In this document: positions 1 to 8,653 of the stretch, in pieces | How the letters are laid out: every line of letters begins with the position of its first letter | Numbering within the stretch: the stretch's first letter is position 1 | IMG/VR virus record: IMGVR_UViG_3300022670_001834 | Span: 1 to 28,033 of that record | DNA: 28,033 nt | Direction: 5' to 3' (one strand) | Source of the DNA: a virus | Lineage: Duplodnaviria; Caudoviricetes | Made by a program: the position numbers and the translations under genes | Notes under the pieces: model-generated | Database searches by the model: none | Told to the model about the DNA's origin: nothing | Seen by the model: the letters and a program-made list of their open reading frames with translations, nothing else

Positions 1-12
1 GAGGGAAATATT

Positions 13-2367
13 ATGGAACTCGAATGTGCTGGACTTGAACATCACTTGCAAAGGATTCACTTTGCCAAACAGTATTTTTTTGAAACAGCATTTTTTGTTA
101 CAAGAGATATCGGGGATATATATAACGAGAACAGGGGAACGCTTAATCCCGAACTGGAAGATCATGATTCCAATACAAGTTCAGGAGGAGGTAACGATCT
201 TCCTATTTTTACTTCCAATGATTACGATTTCAATATCTCTGAAACCTTTTGCTATACTGGACTTGATGATGTCGTCAACAGATTAGGAAACTCTGTTGCA
301 GGAGAGGGTGCCAATGATTTTTTTGAATTGTTTTTTGTTCGTGGTTCTGCCGATGATAAGATTGCCTTCCGTGCCTTTTCATCAGGAGTAAATCCGGGAG
401 CAGGGAATGAATTAACAATCAGTGATGCCGATGTCGATAACGAAGATCCTTCCGAAGCAGGACTTGAATCAACGACTGGAACTTTGTTAGGAGCTTGGGG
501 AGCTGACGCACTCGGTAGCCTTCCCCCTGAATTTTCCGTCTTTGCAAGTCAAGTAATTGCCTTTGAGCTTGCTGCGATCCATATCCTTAACGAAGCTTAT
601 CCTGCTGATGCTAAGGTTCGAGTCGGCACGGCAATTTTCCGAACTCCTATTGCTACGGTTTCAAACCCACCTGCTGCACCTTGGACTCAAATAGAAGTTC
701 GTGATATTTTAGGACCGACAGCTCAATACTCTCCTTGGACTGATACGTTAAACAATGAATGGATTAACTCTGGTGCTAATCCCGACCCTACGGTTCATGG
801 TACTCAAGAGAATTTCAACGAACGTGCCTGTTGGGATTCTAATCTTGTAGTTATAGATGCCGAAAAATTCAGGAGTTGGGCTGATGTGAGATCGACTACT
901 GATAACTTTGATGTGAATTACAAATACGGAATGGTATCAGGAGGATCATATCGTGGCTTGAGGGCATTAGTAGATGGAACTGGAACTGGATTATTCTCTG
1001 CTTTTACAGATGCCCTAGTAGAGTTTGACGGTTTTGCTTGGCAATTAAAACACCAATTCATTGAGGGAACTGCACCTGATATCTTCGGTATTGCCGATAC
1101 TGCCGAAGTATGTGCTGTAATTTCAGAGGAAAAGAATTACGAGTTTAAGATTGGCAAGATTTGGACAGATGTTTCAGGGGAGAACTTGAAAAATGATTGC
1201 TTCCATCAATATACTGGAATTAGTAATGATGCTGGATATGTCTCAACAATAAAATCGGTTGGACCAGTTACAACTTATGGCGATACTTCTGCCATCTCTG
1301 TTCAATATGTTTGGACACCTATCGTTGGCGTTCTCGGCACAGTTGTCGCAGGCGATACTCCCAATTATTATAAAGCAGGATGCTGGCTTAATTTCCGATT
1401 ACCGTTTCCACATTCAACTCATAATGGAGTATCGCAGATAGGAACATTTTATGGAAACAATCTGGTAACAAAAGAACCTGCGACCCTAGACATTAACAAT
1501 ATGCACTTGACCCATTCAGGATTTCGTGGATTCAATAATGTCGAAGCCGAAGATTTAGGACCATTAAGCCATGTTAATTTTAATGCTAGATTCTTTTGGA
1601 CTCATACATCTACTGGAGCTATTGTTGCAGAGGGAGATTTCAAGTTCAGATGTATCTTATATGATACCGAGGATGATGTATTAGTTGCTGATTTTACAAT
1701 CCCAATTAACAATATTTGGCATCCAGTAAGCTTGCCGATAACAAGCTTCAAAATTTATCGTGGTAGGAATCCTTTAGGCTTTGGACAAATCGGACAAACA
1801 TTAGTGGTAACCGAACTAGATGTTACTCAAAGATTCAGGTATCGAAATTTCAAACAAGTTTGTATTCAATGGCAGGAATCCTATGACTCCGAAGGGAGAT
1901 ACGATGGAGCAGGGTCAAGGGCTAACACAGTTACTTTTTTCACCAATGGTGGATCAGCATTATTATTTATCGACGGATTCCATTTTGGAAAACCAATGAT
2001 GACTACTACTGCTGTTACTCAAGGAGTGGTAACAGGTAGGGTATTAGAACCCCCTTTCCAACAATTACCTTTCATATCAAACATGATCCAGTTAAGGCAA
2101 GCCAATGATTCACAGTTGGAGATTGAAAATTTCAGACATAAACAATATGACATAAGGACAGATGGTATTATCAATATTGACTATGGAGAATCATTCTTTT
2201 TACAAAAAGATTTCCTTGTTTCAGAAAACGATCCTGATACAGATGGAAACCCTGCTATCAATAATATCAAACTCGTTGCCAAAAAAATAATCTACAAAGT
2301 TACAAAACCTCACAATAGTCCGGGAAAATTTGAACGAATCATTACAGGAGTTAAGAGGTTTATCTAA
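13..2367 (+). CDS. Putative tail/baseplate structural protein (784 aa; true start may lie upstream of the window)
   Basis: Long, acidic, G/T/N/aromatic-rich beta-type ORF directly upstream of, and overlapping (TAATG) with, the fibre-like gene. No catalytic motif recognised. Confidence 0.55.
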   Translation: MELECAGLEHHLQRIHFAKQYFFETAFFVTRDIGDIYNENRGTLNPELEDHDSNTSSGGGNDLPIFTSNDYDFNISETFCYTGLDDVVNRLGNSVAGEGANDFFELFFVRGSADDKIAFRAFSSGVNPGAGNELTISDADVDNEDPSEAGLESTTGTLLGAWGADALGSLPPEFSVFASQVIAFELAAIHILNEAYPADAKVRVGTAIFRTPIATVSNPPAAPWTQIEVRDILGPTAQYSPWTDTLNNEWINSGANPDPTVHGTQENFNERACWDSNLVVIDAEKFRSWADVRSTTDNFDVNYKYGMVSGGSYRGLRALVDGTGTGLFSAFTDALVEFDGFAWQLKHQFIEGTAPDIFGIADTAEVCAVISEEKNYEFKIGKIWTDVSGENLKNDCFHQYTGISNDAGYVSTIKSVGPVTTYGDTSAISVQYVWTPIVGVLGTVVAGDTPNYYKAGCWLNFRLPFPHSTHNGVSQIGTFYGNNLVTKEPATLDINNMHLTHSGFRGFNNVEAEDLGPLSHVNFNARFFWTHTSTGAIVAEGDFKFRCILYDTEDDVLVADFTIPINNIWHPVSLPITSFKIYRGRNPLGFGQIGQTLVVTELDVTQRFRYRNFKQVCIQWQESYDSEGRYDGAGSRANTVTFFTNGGSALLFIDGFHFGKPMMTTTAVTQGVVTGRVLEPPFQQLPFISNMIQLRQANDSQLEIENFRHKQYDIRTDGIINIDYGESFFLQKDFLVSENDPDTDGNPAINNIKLVAKKIIYKVTKPHNSPGKFERIITGVKRFI

Positions 2368-4169
2368 TGGTAGGTAGCAAGCCACAAGAACGCAAATCCT
2401 TCGGGAAAAGGGTAATAGATCAGGAAAAAACCGATATCGACCTATATGGATTGATTCGGGCAAAGATATCATCGCCTCAACAGATTACTGTACCGTTTAG
2501 TGGTGGTGGTTCGGCGACAACTATTCAAGGAGCAGGTTCAGGATTTTTGAGGAAAGAGGGGGATATTATGATGGGACCTCTCGCCTTCAACCCAATACCA
2601 TTAACTGTTCTAAGCGATACGATTTCAGTTGATAAAGTTACAGGAGTTTATTCGCCGAGATTAATCCTTTTAGGTGAAGGTGCAGCACCAGATGATCTTT
2701 CAACAATAAGCGGTCAGATGTTTCCGGGACAGATTCTAAACCTTCAAGCAGTTGTAACTACTCCAATCACTCTCAAAGATGGAGTGGGAAATATCCTTAC
2801 CAGAACAGGAGGGGATATTGTTATTGGAGATGGGCAAAACATTCTGCTAATCTTTGATACTATTTCAGGAAACTGGACACCGTTAGACTCTGCTGCATTT
2901 GGAAGTGCAGCAACTGGTTGTCCTGTAATCTGTACGGAAAATGATTTAGGAAATGTTAGTGGGGTTACTGATCTTGATTGGAGTATTGCAAACTTTCATA
3001 GAGCTGTCCTAGTTGGAGATACAACATTCAATATCATCAACACTCCTGCAAACGCATTATGGCAGGATATTTGTCTCGAAGTTCAGCAGGATTTAGTCGG
3101 AGGGCATCTTGTCAGTTTTGTTCAAGGCTTTGCTAATAATTTTATTCCAGTGGCAATTTTGGGAGCATTACGATATACATCATTCCAAATCTATACTTAC
3201 GAGGAACCAAGTGGCACGGATATCTTTCAAGGTTTTAACAAGAATGGCAATAATGGACCTCAAGTTCCGGGAGGAGCAGGACTGTTTCAAGGGTTTGCAG
3301 GATTTATTCAAACTGTATTATCCTCTGACCAAACAACAAATATTGGAATAAATGATCACATCGAGTTTGATACTATTGTTGATAGCGATACGCTTACTGT
3401 TACAGTAGGAGCTGGACAAGCTAGAGGAATTTTTTCAGGATTTCGTCCCGGTCATACTTACGAATGTGAAGTCTATATCTCTGGTGAAGGATCAACTAAC
3501 GCATTAAACTGGTCTGCTCAATGGTTCGATATAGGAGGAAATGGATTCATTGGCACAGAGGGCGAACAAATAGCTAACACAGGAGTTACTAATCGTGACT
3601 CTCAATTTGTGGGTAAAGCATTTTTCAGAAGCATAAGTCTAGCTGATACCCTAGAAGTGAGAATTACCAATAGTACCGTCTTAACTTCTATCTTAAATGG
3701 CTCTAGTTCAACAGAACCTACTACATTCGTAACTATCAAGGATTGTGGAGTGATTGAATCGGTGATTAATCAACCAGAACCAGCACCAGAGGACGGTGAG
3801 CTTGATATTCGTGAATTTATTTACCAAGAGTGTAGTACGGAAACATCTGCAAAAAGATTCGGCACTTTCCAAGACACCGTATCCTTTTCGAATGTTAGTT
3901 TTATTGGTGATCCAATAATCCGAAATATGAGAATCAAAGCAATCCTAATCAATGTTTCAAATAAAGGAGCTGGTGATAGGATATTTAATGTAGAAGCTGA
4001 TGGAGTTCAACGAGGACCAGCATTTACAATTCCGGGAGGATTTACTGGAGTCATTGAATTTGCACCTGTAGATATTGGTCTTGACAAATCAGAGTTAATA
4101 GGATGGTCTAGTCAAGGAGGAGCAAGTGGCGATAGATGGTCAATGACTTGCGTAGTGTGGTATTTGTAA
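2367..4169 (+). CDS. Tail fibre / receptor-binding protein
   Basis: Modules typical of phage fibres: 'GEGAAPDDLSTISG..GQILNLQ..ITLKDGVGNI', 'DLGNVSGVTDLDWSIANFHRAVLVGDTTFNIINTP..LEVQQD..GG' and a C1q/BclA-like segment 'SSDQTTNIGINDHIEFDT..GIFS'. Gly-rich linkers. Confidence 0.65.
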   Translation: MVGSKPQERKSFGKRVIDQEKTDIDLYGLIRAKISSPQQITVPFSGGGSATTIQGAGSGFLRKEGDIMMGPLAFNPIPLTVLSDTISVDKVTGVYSPRLILLGEGAAPDDLSTISGQMFPGQILNLQAVVTTPITLKDGVGNILTRTGGDIVIGDGQNILLIFDTISGNWTPLDSAAFGSAATGCPVICTENDLGNVSGVTDLDWSIANFHRAVLVGDTTFNIINTPANALWQDICLEVQQDLVGGHLVSFVQGFANNFIPVAILGALRYTSFQIYTYEEPSGTDIFQGFNKNGNNGPQVPGGAGLFQGFAGFIQTVLSSDQTTNIGINDHIEFDTIVDSDTLTVTVGAGQARGIFSGFRPGHTYECEVYISGEGSTNALNWSAQWFDIGGNGFIGTEGEQIANTGVTNRDSQFVGKAFFRSISLADTLEVRITNSTVLTSILNGSSSTEPTTFVTIKDCGVIESVINQPEPAPEDGELDIREFIYQECSTETSAKRFGTFQDTVSFSNVSFIGDPIIRNMRIKAILINVSNKGAGDRIFNVEADGVQRGPAFTIPGGFTGVIEFAPVDIGLDKSELIGWSSQGGASGDRWSMTCVVWYL

Positions 4170-4170
4170 A

Positions 4171-4617
4171 ATGGTTCAGCTAGCTGTATGGAGACCACCT
4201 TTGAATATTGCCACTTCGGGCAACGATATTTACATTACTCCTAGATGGACTGATGGACGAGAAACAGATTTTGGAGGACAACCACCAAATAATATCGAGT
4301 GGGTTTGGCCTTTCCCGTTTGGTGGTGGAGGAGGATCTTTTTGGAAAGGTTTTAGGATTATTATATATTCACAGCAAGGTAATGGAACTGCAACCATGAG
4401 CCGAAGTGTTAATGGAATTGATGTTGGAACTACATTGACATTAACGAATAATCAACCCCCTGCTGTGCCGACAGTTTTTCTCGATCTTGTAGATGTAGAA
4501 ATTAACAAGTTTGACAAACTTTCAATCAGAATCAACAATAACTTTACGGGTTCAACAATTCCCAAAGTAAATTTCATAAGCTTTTTTGAATTTCCCGATG
4601 GGTTTTGGGGATTTTAA
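4171..4617 (+). CDS. Small beta-sandwich virion protein, probably tail-tip associated
   Basis: Starts 1 nt after the fibre gene stop. Beta-strand pattern resembles the C-terminal domain of 2367-4169. Confidence 0.5.
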   Translation: MVQLAVWRPPLNIATSGNDIYITPRWTDGRETDFGGQPPNNIEWVWPFPFGGGGGSFWKGFRIIIYSQQGNGTATMSRSVNGIDVGTTLTLTNNQPPAVPTVFLDLVDVEINKFDKLSIRINNNFTGSTIPKVNFISFFEFPDGFWGF

Positions 4618-5052
4618 ATGACGATCCTAAAATCTATGGGAACGTGGTGCGTTCAAGGAGAAACCAGTCTTATTGGTACTGGAGGATTGGTTCCTGTTCA
4701 ACAATTTGTTACGGTTCAAGCAAGAGATAATGTTAATCCAGCTCCCGGTCAAGCCAAAAATGAAGTTCAACCGTTAGAAGCTGTCCTTTTGTATTGGGCA
4801 ATTCGCCTGACTGTAAATGCTGGTAGCTCTATTCCTGATCCATTCATTACATTTAGTCTCTTGCGAAATAGCACGACAACCCTCGCAACGATTGACTTTC
4901 CCCCTCAAACAGTAGGCACAAAAGCTCAACTTTTGAACATTCCGATTTTTGTCAATGAGCATTTTAATTTCAAGATTCAGCAATTTGGTTCAGGAAATAC
5001 ATTCTTTACTTGGATGGCAGCGGGAAAATTGTCTGCTCCCCCAGTTCCTTAA
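4618..5052 (+). CDS. Small beta-sandwich virion protein, probable paralog of 4171-4617
   Basis: Abuts the previous stop (TAA ATG). Similar length and strand pattern (..IRLTVN..FSLLRN..TIDFP..TVG..IPIF..FNFKI). Confidence 0.5.
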   Translation: MTILKSMGTWCVQGETSLIGTGGLVPVQQFVTVQARDNVNPAPGQAKNEVQPLEAVLLYWAIRLTVNAGSSIPDPFITFSLLRNSTTTLATIDFPPQTVGTKAQLLNIPIFVNEHFNFKIQQFGSGNTFFTWMAAGKLSAPPVP

Positions 5053-5083
5053 TCCTTATTACCTTGAAGTATTCACTCCTGCT

Positions 5084-5371
5084 ATGTCTCAAAAAGTTAC
5101 AATGACTATCTCCAAAGAACAATTCAACCAGAACCTACGAAACTCTAAGGATCGGATTAGTGCTGCAAAGGGTCAGTTCTCTGACCAGTTAAGCGATACC
5201 ATCACAAGAGAGTACGGTGCAATAATGATGATGGCAAACCAAGCCCTTGACATGCTTGATGATAAGGAAAAAAAGATTGCCGAGCTTCAACAGCAATTAT
5301 CAGATGTTGCAAAGGGAAAAGTTGTAAAGCTTCAGGAGAATTTGTCAAAGCAGGTTAAACCTCAAAAGTAA
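5084..5371 (+). CDS. Coiled-coil hypothetical protein (95 aa)
   Basis: ATG at 5084 is in frame with the 4949 ORF and avoids overlap with 4618-5052. CCTTATTA box 30 nt upstream. Heptad-like 'KEKKIAELQQQLSDV'. Confidence 0.6.
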   Translation: MSQKVTMTISKEQFNQNLRNSKDRISAAKGQFSDQLSDTITREYGAIMMMANQALDMLDDKEKKIAELQQQLSDVAKGKVVKLQENLSKQVKPQK

Positions 5372-5428
5372 AATAGACTGATCACTTAGTCAAATCAATG
5401 CGACAGCGTACAGCATTAGTATTAGGAG

Positions 5429-5824
5429 GTGAATATTTTAGCAATTTGTAGAAACTGCTCACAAGAGATAGCATGGCCTAAACCTTATCGAACTGGCAAC
5501 AAACCAATTAACAAAGATGGAACTGCTCATAACTGTCTAGAAGGAGGAAAAGATAACGACCCAACACAGCAACAATTTAACCCTGATCAACCTCAAGTGG
5601 CTCAAACCCAACAAAGCACAATACATGAGTCAAATTCCAAATCAATGTCAAAGTTAGATGTGAAGTTCGAGGAAATCGACAAGCTTGACCAGATGTTGTT
5701 TGATGTATCAATCAACCGACTTGAAGCAATCAAAAAACAGTTTGGAATCGACATGGTTCCAATAAATGAAGCATTGATCTTTGTAGAGTCTTGGAGCAGA
5801 ACATTAGCTCAAACTCTCAAATAA
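5429..5824 (+). CDS. Zn-binding hypothetical protein (N-terminal CxxC...HxC, Q-rich linker, helical C-terminus)
   Basis: CRNC..W..P..DGTAHNC motif. GTG start directly preceded by AGGAG. Confidence 0.6.
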   Translation: MNILAICRNCSQEIAWPKPYRTGNKPINKDGTAHNCLEGGKDNDPTQQQFNPDQPQVAQTQQSTIHESNSKSMSKLDVKFEEIDKLDQMLFDVSINRLEAIKKQFGIDMVPINEALIFVESWSRTLAQTLK

Positions 5825-5913
5825 TCGGACTGAATCAGGATAGAAATATCAATGCTAATGCAAAAGTCTAGGTGTGAACATTACACCTTTGCTTTAGCCT
5901 TCACTCTTCAAAA

Positions 5914-5930
5914 CCCTCTTATTTTTTTTT
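5914..5930 (+). terminator. Archaeal-type oligo-T terminator
   Basis: CCCTCTTATTTTTTTTT. The same C-run + T-run pattern follows four other genes. Confidence 0.55.
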
Positions 5931-5945
5931 AACTATTTTCTAAGT

Positions 5946-6416
5946 ATGGGGAATATAACCAACAAACGTAGTTACGTCGCTAGGGCATATCGTGAGGATG
6001 ATACTGAAAAGGATATCATGCTCAAATGGAAACTAATCAAGAACCTAAAAATCAAATTTGGCATATATGCACGAACAGGACCTAAGATCGCTATTCATCG
6101 CAAATATGGATATATCAAGCAGAATCTCGCAAAGCATGAAATCAAGGACTTTTACCTACATGATCCTGATGTAACTGCACTCAAAAACAATCCTCCCCTG
6201 ATTTTTGAGATTGATGGTGATATCCATTTCCTTAAGGATAGGGTCGTTAAAAGGACAAACTCGCGTAACGAGCATTATGAACAGGCAATCATCAACGGCA
6301 AGCACCTTAAGTTAATCTGGTTGACTGATACAGAGGTAAAAAATTCTGATGAGATGCTAAGCTTAATTGTATCTCAAAAATTAAGAGACCAGAATATTAA
6401 ATTTAATCAAGCGTAG
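5946..6416 (+). CDS. PD-(D/E)xK endonuclease, DUF559/Vsr-like
   Basis: 'HDPDV..IFEIDGDIH..RTNSRNEHYE..LKLIWL' matches the PD..ExDG..H..R..(V/I) layout of DUF559/Vsr nucleases. Confidence 0.65.
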   Translation: MGNITNKRSYVARAYREDDTEKDIMLKWKLIKNLKIKFGIYARTGPKIAIHRKYGYIKQNLAKHEIKDFYLHDPDVTALKNNPPLIFEIDGDIHFLKDRVVKRTNSRNEHYEQAIINGKHLKLIWLTDTEVKNSDEMLSLIVSQKLRDQNIKFNQA

Positions 6417-6474
6417 AATCAATCACACCCATAGTTTAGGATTTTTACCGAACAGGCTTTTCCTTTGATAGCGT

Positions 6475-6651
6475 GAGAGTGTGAGAGATATACGCGACAA
6501 GACCATTTAGCGAATCGGATCGCAACTCATGGCTTGGGTAGAACTTGCCATCGAGTGAGTGATAAAACTAACAGGCTTTTATGTTTTTATGAAAAGATGA
6601 ATGGGGAACAAAAAACGATAAGAGTTATTATCTCTTATCTCTCACTCTCTC
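6475..6651. repeat. 16-bp imperfect inverted repeat (6475-6490 / 6636-6651), plus 11-bp direct repeat AACAGGCTTTT (6451-6461, 6570-6580)
   Basis: GAGAGTGTGAGAGATA versus TATCTCTCACTCTCTC: 15 of 16 positions complementary. Confidence 0.7.
6621..6632 (+). promoter_or_regulatory. Putative archaeal BRE/TATA promoter (early class)
   Basis: AGAGTTATTATC begins 33 nt upstream of ATG 6654. Same spacing as AGAGTAATATAA at 9451. Confidence 0.5.
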
Positions 6652-6653
6652 CA

Positions 6654-6911
6654 ATGCAGAAAAATTCGCAAAGATCAGCGACGGATATCCGTATCTGGAA
6701 TTTTAGAAAAATTCTAAAAACCAACAAGTTCACTACCGATGAAGTAATGAGGAAGTTTTTGAAATGTTCAAGGGCGACATATCAAAGAGAACTTTCCGAT
6801 TATACAAGTTCAGTATCAGGAGTAATCCATGATGTGAACTTTCATCTCATCGGCTACGAATCAGATATTGATAACGCCATCGCTAAGTTCGAGAAGGAAA
6901 AAAATGGCTAG
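6654..6911 (+). CDS. Small basic putative HTH DNA-binding protein
   Basis: In-frame ATG 6654 fits the promoter spacing better than TTG 6534. 'DEVMRKFLKCSRATYQREL' is HTH-like. Confidence 0.5.
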   Translation: MQKNSQRSATDIRIWNFRKILKTNKFTTDEVMRKFLKCSRATYQRELSDYTSSVSGVIHDVNFHLIGYESDIDNAIAKFEKEKNG

Positions 6912-7047
6912 ACCACTCAAAAACCCAGATGGACTTTATACCAAAAAATACATTGTTGAAAACGGTTACAAATGTCCAAAATGTGATGTTGTAGAAGCAT
7001 CAAAAAAATGGCTACGAGATCATATCAAGGAGAAGCATGCGTATTGA
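6904..7047 (+). CDS. C2H2 zinc-finger microprotein (47 aa; not in ORF track)
   Basis: MARPLKNPDGLYTKKYIVENGYKCPKCDVVEASKKWLRDHIKEKHAY: C-x2-C-x12-H-x4-H. Overlaps both neighbours by a few nt. Confidence 0.75.
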   Translation: MARPLKNPDGLYTKKYIVENGYKCPKCDVVEASKKWLRDHIKEKHAY

Positions 7048-7433
7048 GTCTTAACGAAACCTCGCCGAGATACCGACTCAATGCCACTCAATCATCAAAC
7101 AACATATGGACTTTCAATGCAACTGGGGAAGATAAGGACATTCATGTAAGAATGTCAAACGACCCAGAGGATGAAGGAAAAGTTGCTCATGAACCACTCG
7201 GTCTTAAAGTCCTCACTATGATAAAGGAAGCTGAGGATATTTGGAGAGATGATGGAAGATTAGTCGCATCAGACCCACAACAGGTACCTACAACCCCTCC
7301 TAAATCGTACCAGAAAAGCAGAAAAGCAGATTGGTATAAACAAAAACTCGAGTTTCATACCTCGATTATTGTTGCCCTCACTACCAATTCAAAGGCAGAG
7401 TTAGGACTAGACTTGACAAGTCATAAGTCTTAA
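7044..7433 (+). CDS. Hypothetical protein
   Basis: Same frame as ORF 7008-7433. TTG at 7044 overlaps the upstream TGA (TTGA coupling). Confidence 0.55.
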   Translation: MSLNETSPRYRLNATQSSNNIWTFNATGEDKDIHVRMSNDPEDEGKVAHEPLGLKVLTMIKEAEDIWRDDGRLVASDPQQVPTTPPKSYQKSRKADWYKQKLEFHTSIIVALTTNSKAELGLDLTSHKS

Positions 7434-7444
7434 TTATGCCATAT

Positions 7445-7456
7445 CCCTTTTTTTTT
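7445..7456 (+). terminator. Oligo-T terminator within a hairpin loop
   Basis: CCC-T9 directly after the 7433 stop. Confidence 0.5.
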
Positions 7457-7479
7457 CTGATGGGCAGGGGTATGGAATT

Positions 7480-8052
7480 TTGAAAGTAGATAAGTTCCCA
7501 ATGACCCAATTGTCAAGTATTTCTGTCCATCACTTATCTATTATTGAGAAAAATGATTTTTGGGAAACCCCGACTGATATGTTATTCAAAGCGATGCTTG
7601 ACTATGACATCAATCCTCAACTAGATGTCTGCACTACCAAATCTATTGCCAAACGTCAGAAATTCTATAAATTTTTTACAAAAGAATCCTCGGGATTGAA
7701 AAAGGAATGGAAAGTTAATTTTTACATGAACCCTCCTTATTCACAAATTGGTTCATGGATGAATCACTGCTACGAACAAATCAAAAAGCACGAAGTCGAG
7801 GGATTGATTCTCACCTATGCAAAGACAGATACTAAATGGTGGCACATGTTCGTTGAAGGCAATTCCGATGTCGAGGTTCACTTTGTAGAGGGTAGGGTAA
7901 AGTTCCTAAAAAATGGAAAGATTCCGACTTGGTGTAAAATATGTAAAAAAAACTATCAGGGCATAAAGATTTGTCCTAAATGTAATGGCAAGACATCGGA
8001 GAATGTGGCACCTTATCCTTCTGTATGGTTAGTTTTTAGGAGACCATCATGA
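7480..8052 (+). CDS. Phage-type DNA N6-adenine methyltransferase (Dam_phage family) with Zn-ribbon insertion
   Basis: NDFWETP, LDVC, catalytic MNPPYS, 'AKTDTKWWH', 'GRVKF', 'APYPSVWLVF'. Inserted CKIC-x9-CPKC. Confidence 0.85.
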   Translation: MKVDKFPMTQLSSISVHHLSIIEKNDFWETPTDMLFKAMLDYDINPQLDVCTTKSIAKRQKFYKFFTKESSGLKKEWKVNFYMNPPYSQIGSWMNHCYEQIKKHEVEGLILTYAKTDTKWWHMFVEGNSDVEVHFVEGRVKFLKNGKIPTWCKICKKNYQGIKICPKCNGKTSENVAPYPSVWLVFRRPS

Positions 8053-8162
8053 AATCCAAATCCGTAAAAATCAGCGAGATAAAAAGGCATGACAACATCT
8101 CTGCTGAATTTTGGATTAACCATGATCCCAACAAATGTAAAATCTGTAAGGGCAAAAAATGA
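8049..8162 (+). CDS. Microprotein with His/CxxC motif (37 aa)
   Basis: MKSKSVKISEIKRHDNISAEFWINHDPNKCKICKGKK. ATGA overlaps at both ends. Confidence 0.55.
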   Translation: MKSKSVKISEIKRHDNISAEFWINHDPNKCKICKGKK

Positions 8163-8254
8163 AACCTGCTAAATGTTCAGAGTGTGGAGAGGAATTTGAA
8201 ACAAGCAAACTATTACTTGATCACTTGAAAACACATATGGAAGCTAGAATATGA
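8159..8254 (+). CDS. C2H2 zinc-finger microprotein (31 aa)
   Basis: MKPAKCSECGEEFETSKLLLDHLKTHMEARI: canonical C-x2-C-x3-F-x5-L-x2-H-x3-H. Confidence 0.75.
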   Translation: MKPAKCSECGEEFETSKLLLDHLKTHMEARI

Positions 8255-8361
8255 TTATCTGCACTGTCTGTTTAAGACCTATTGCACGTGAGGATGGTTA
8301 TTGTGACCTTAATCAAATCAAATTTACCTGTATGAAATGCTTGGACAAACAGAAAAAATGA
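8251..8361 (+). CDS. Zn-ribbon microprotein (36 aa)
   Basis: MIICTVCLRPIAREDGYCDLNQIKFTCMKCLDKQKK. Two CxxC pairs, ATGA coupling. Confidence 0.65.
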   Translation: MIICTVCLRPIAREDGYCDLNQIKFTCMKCLDKQKK

Positions 8362-8456
8362 AAATTTGTCCTCATTGTAGAGATGGCATAACAAACATTC
8401 GTGGTTTGAAATGTTCAAGATGCGGAAAGACTATCAAATTTAGGAAAATGAGATGA
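8358..8456 (+). CDS. Zn-ribbon microprotein (32 aa)
   Basis: MKICPHCRDGITNIRGLKCSRCGKTIKFRKMR. Two CxxC pairs, ATGA coupling. Confidence 0.65.
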   Translation: MKICPHCRDGITNIRGLKCSRCGKTIKFRKMR

Positions 8457-8511
8457 ACATCATCCATTACGAGTTAAATTATAGTATGGGAATTAAATCA
8501 AATTGGGCAAA

Positions 8512-8652
8512 TTGATAGGGTTTTTACTGATTTTGATAATTATGCAACTGTTTGTTATTGCATATCAGGTAACGATTCAACTAGATGCTGTCCTTGAAAA
8601 CCAACGATACCTTATCGAGATGATTGAAGTCATTTACGACATTAATAGTTGA
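8512..8652 (+). CDS. Small single-pass membrane protein (46 aa)
   Basis: TTG start. MIGFLLILIIMQLFVIAYQVTIQL... hydrophobic helix. Linked to the upstream chain by a 20-codon ORF (8453-8515). Confidence 0.55.
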   Translation: MIGFLLILIIMQLFVIAYQVTIQLDAVLENQRYLIEMIEVIYDINS

Positions 8653-8653
8653 T

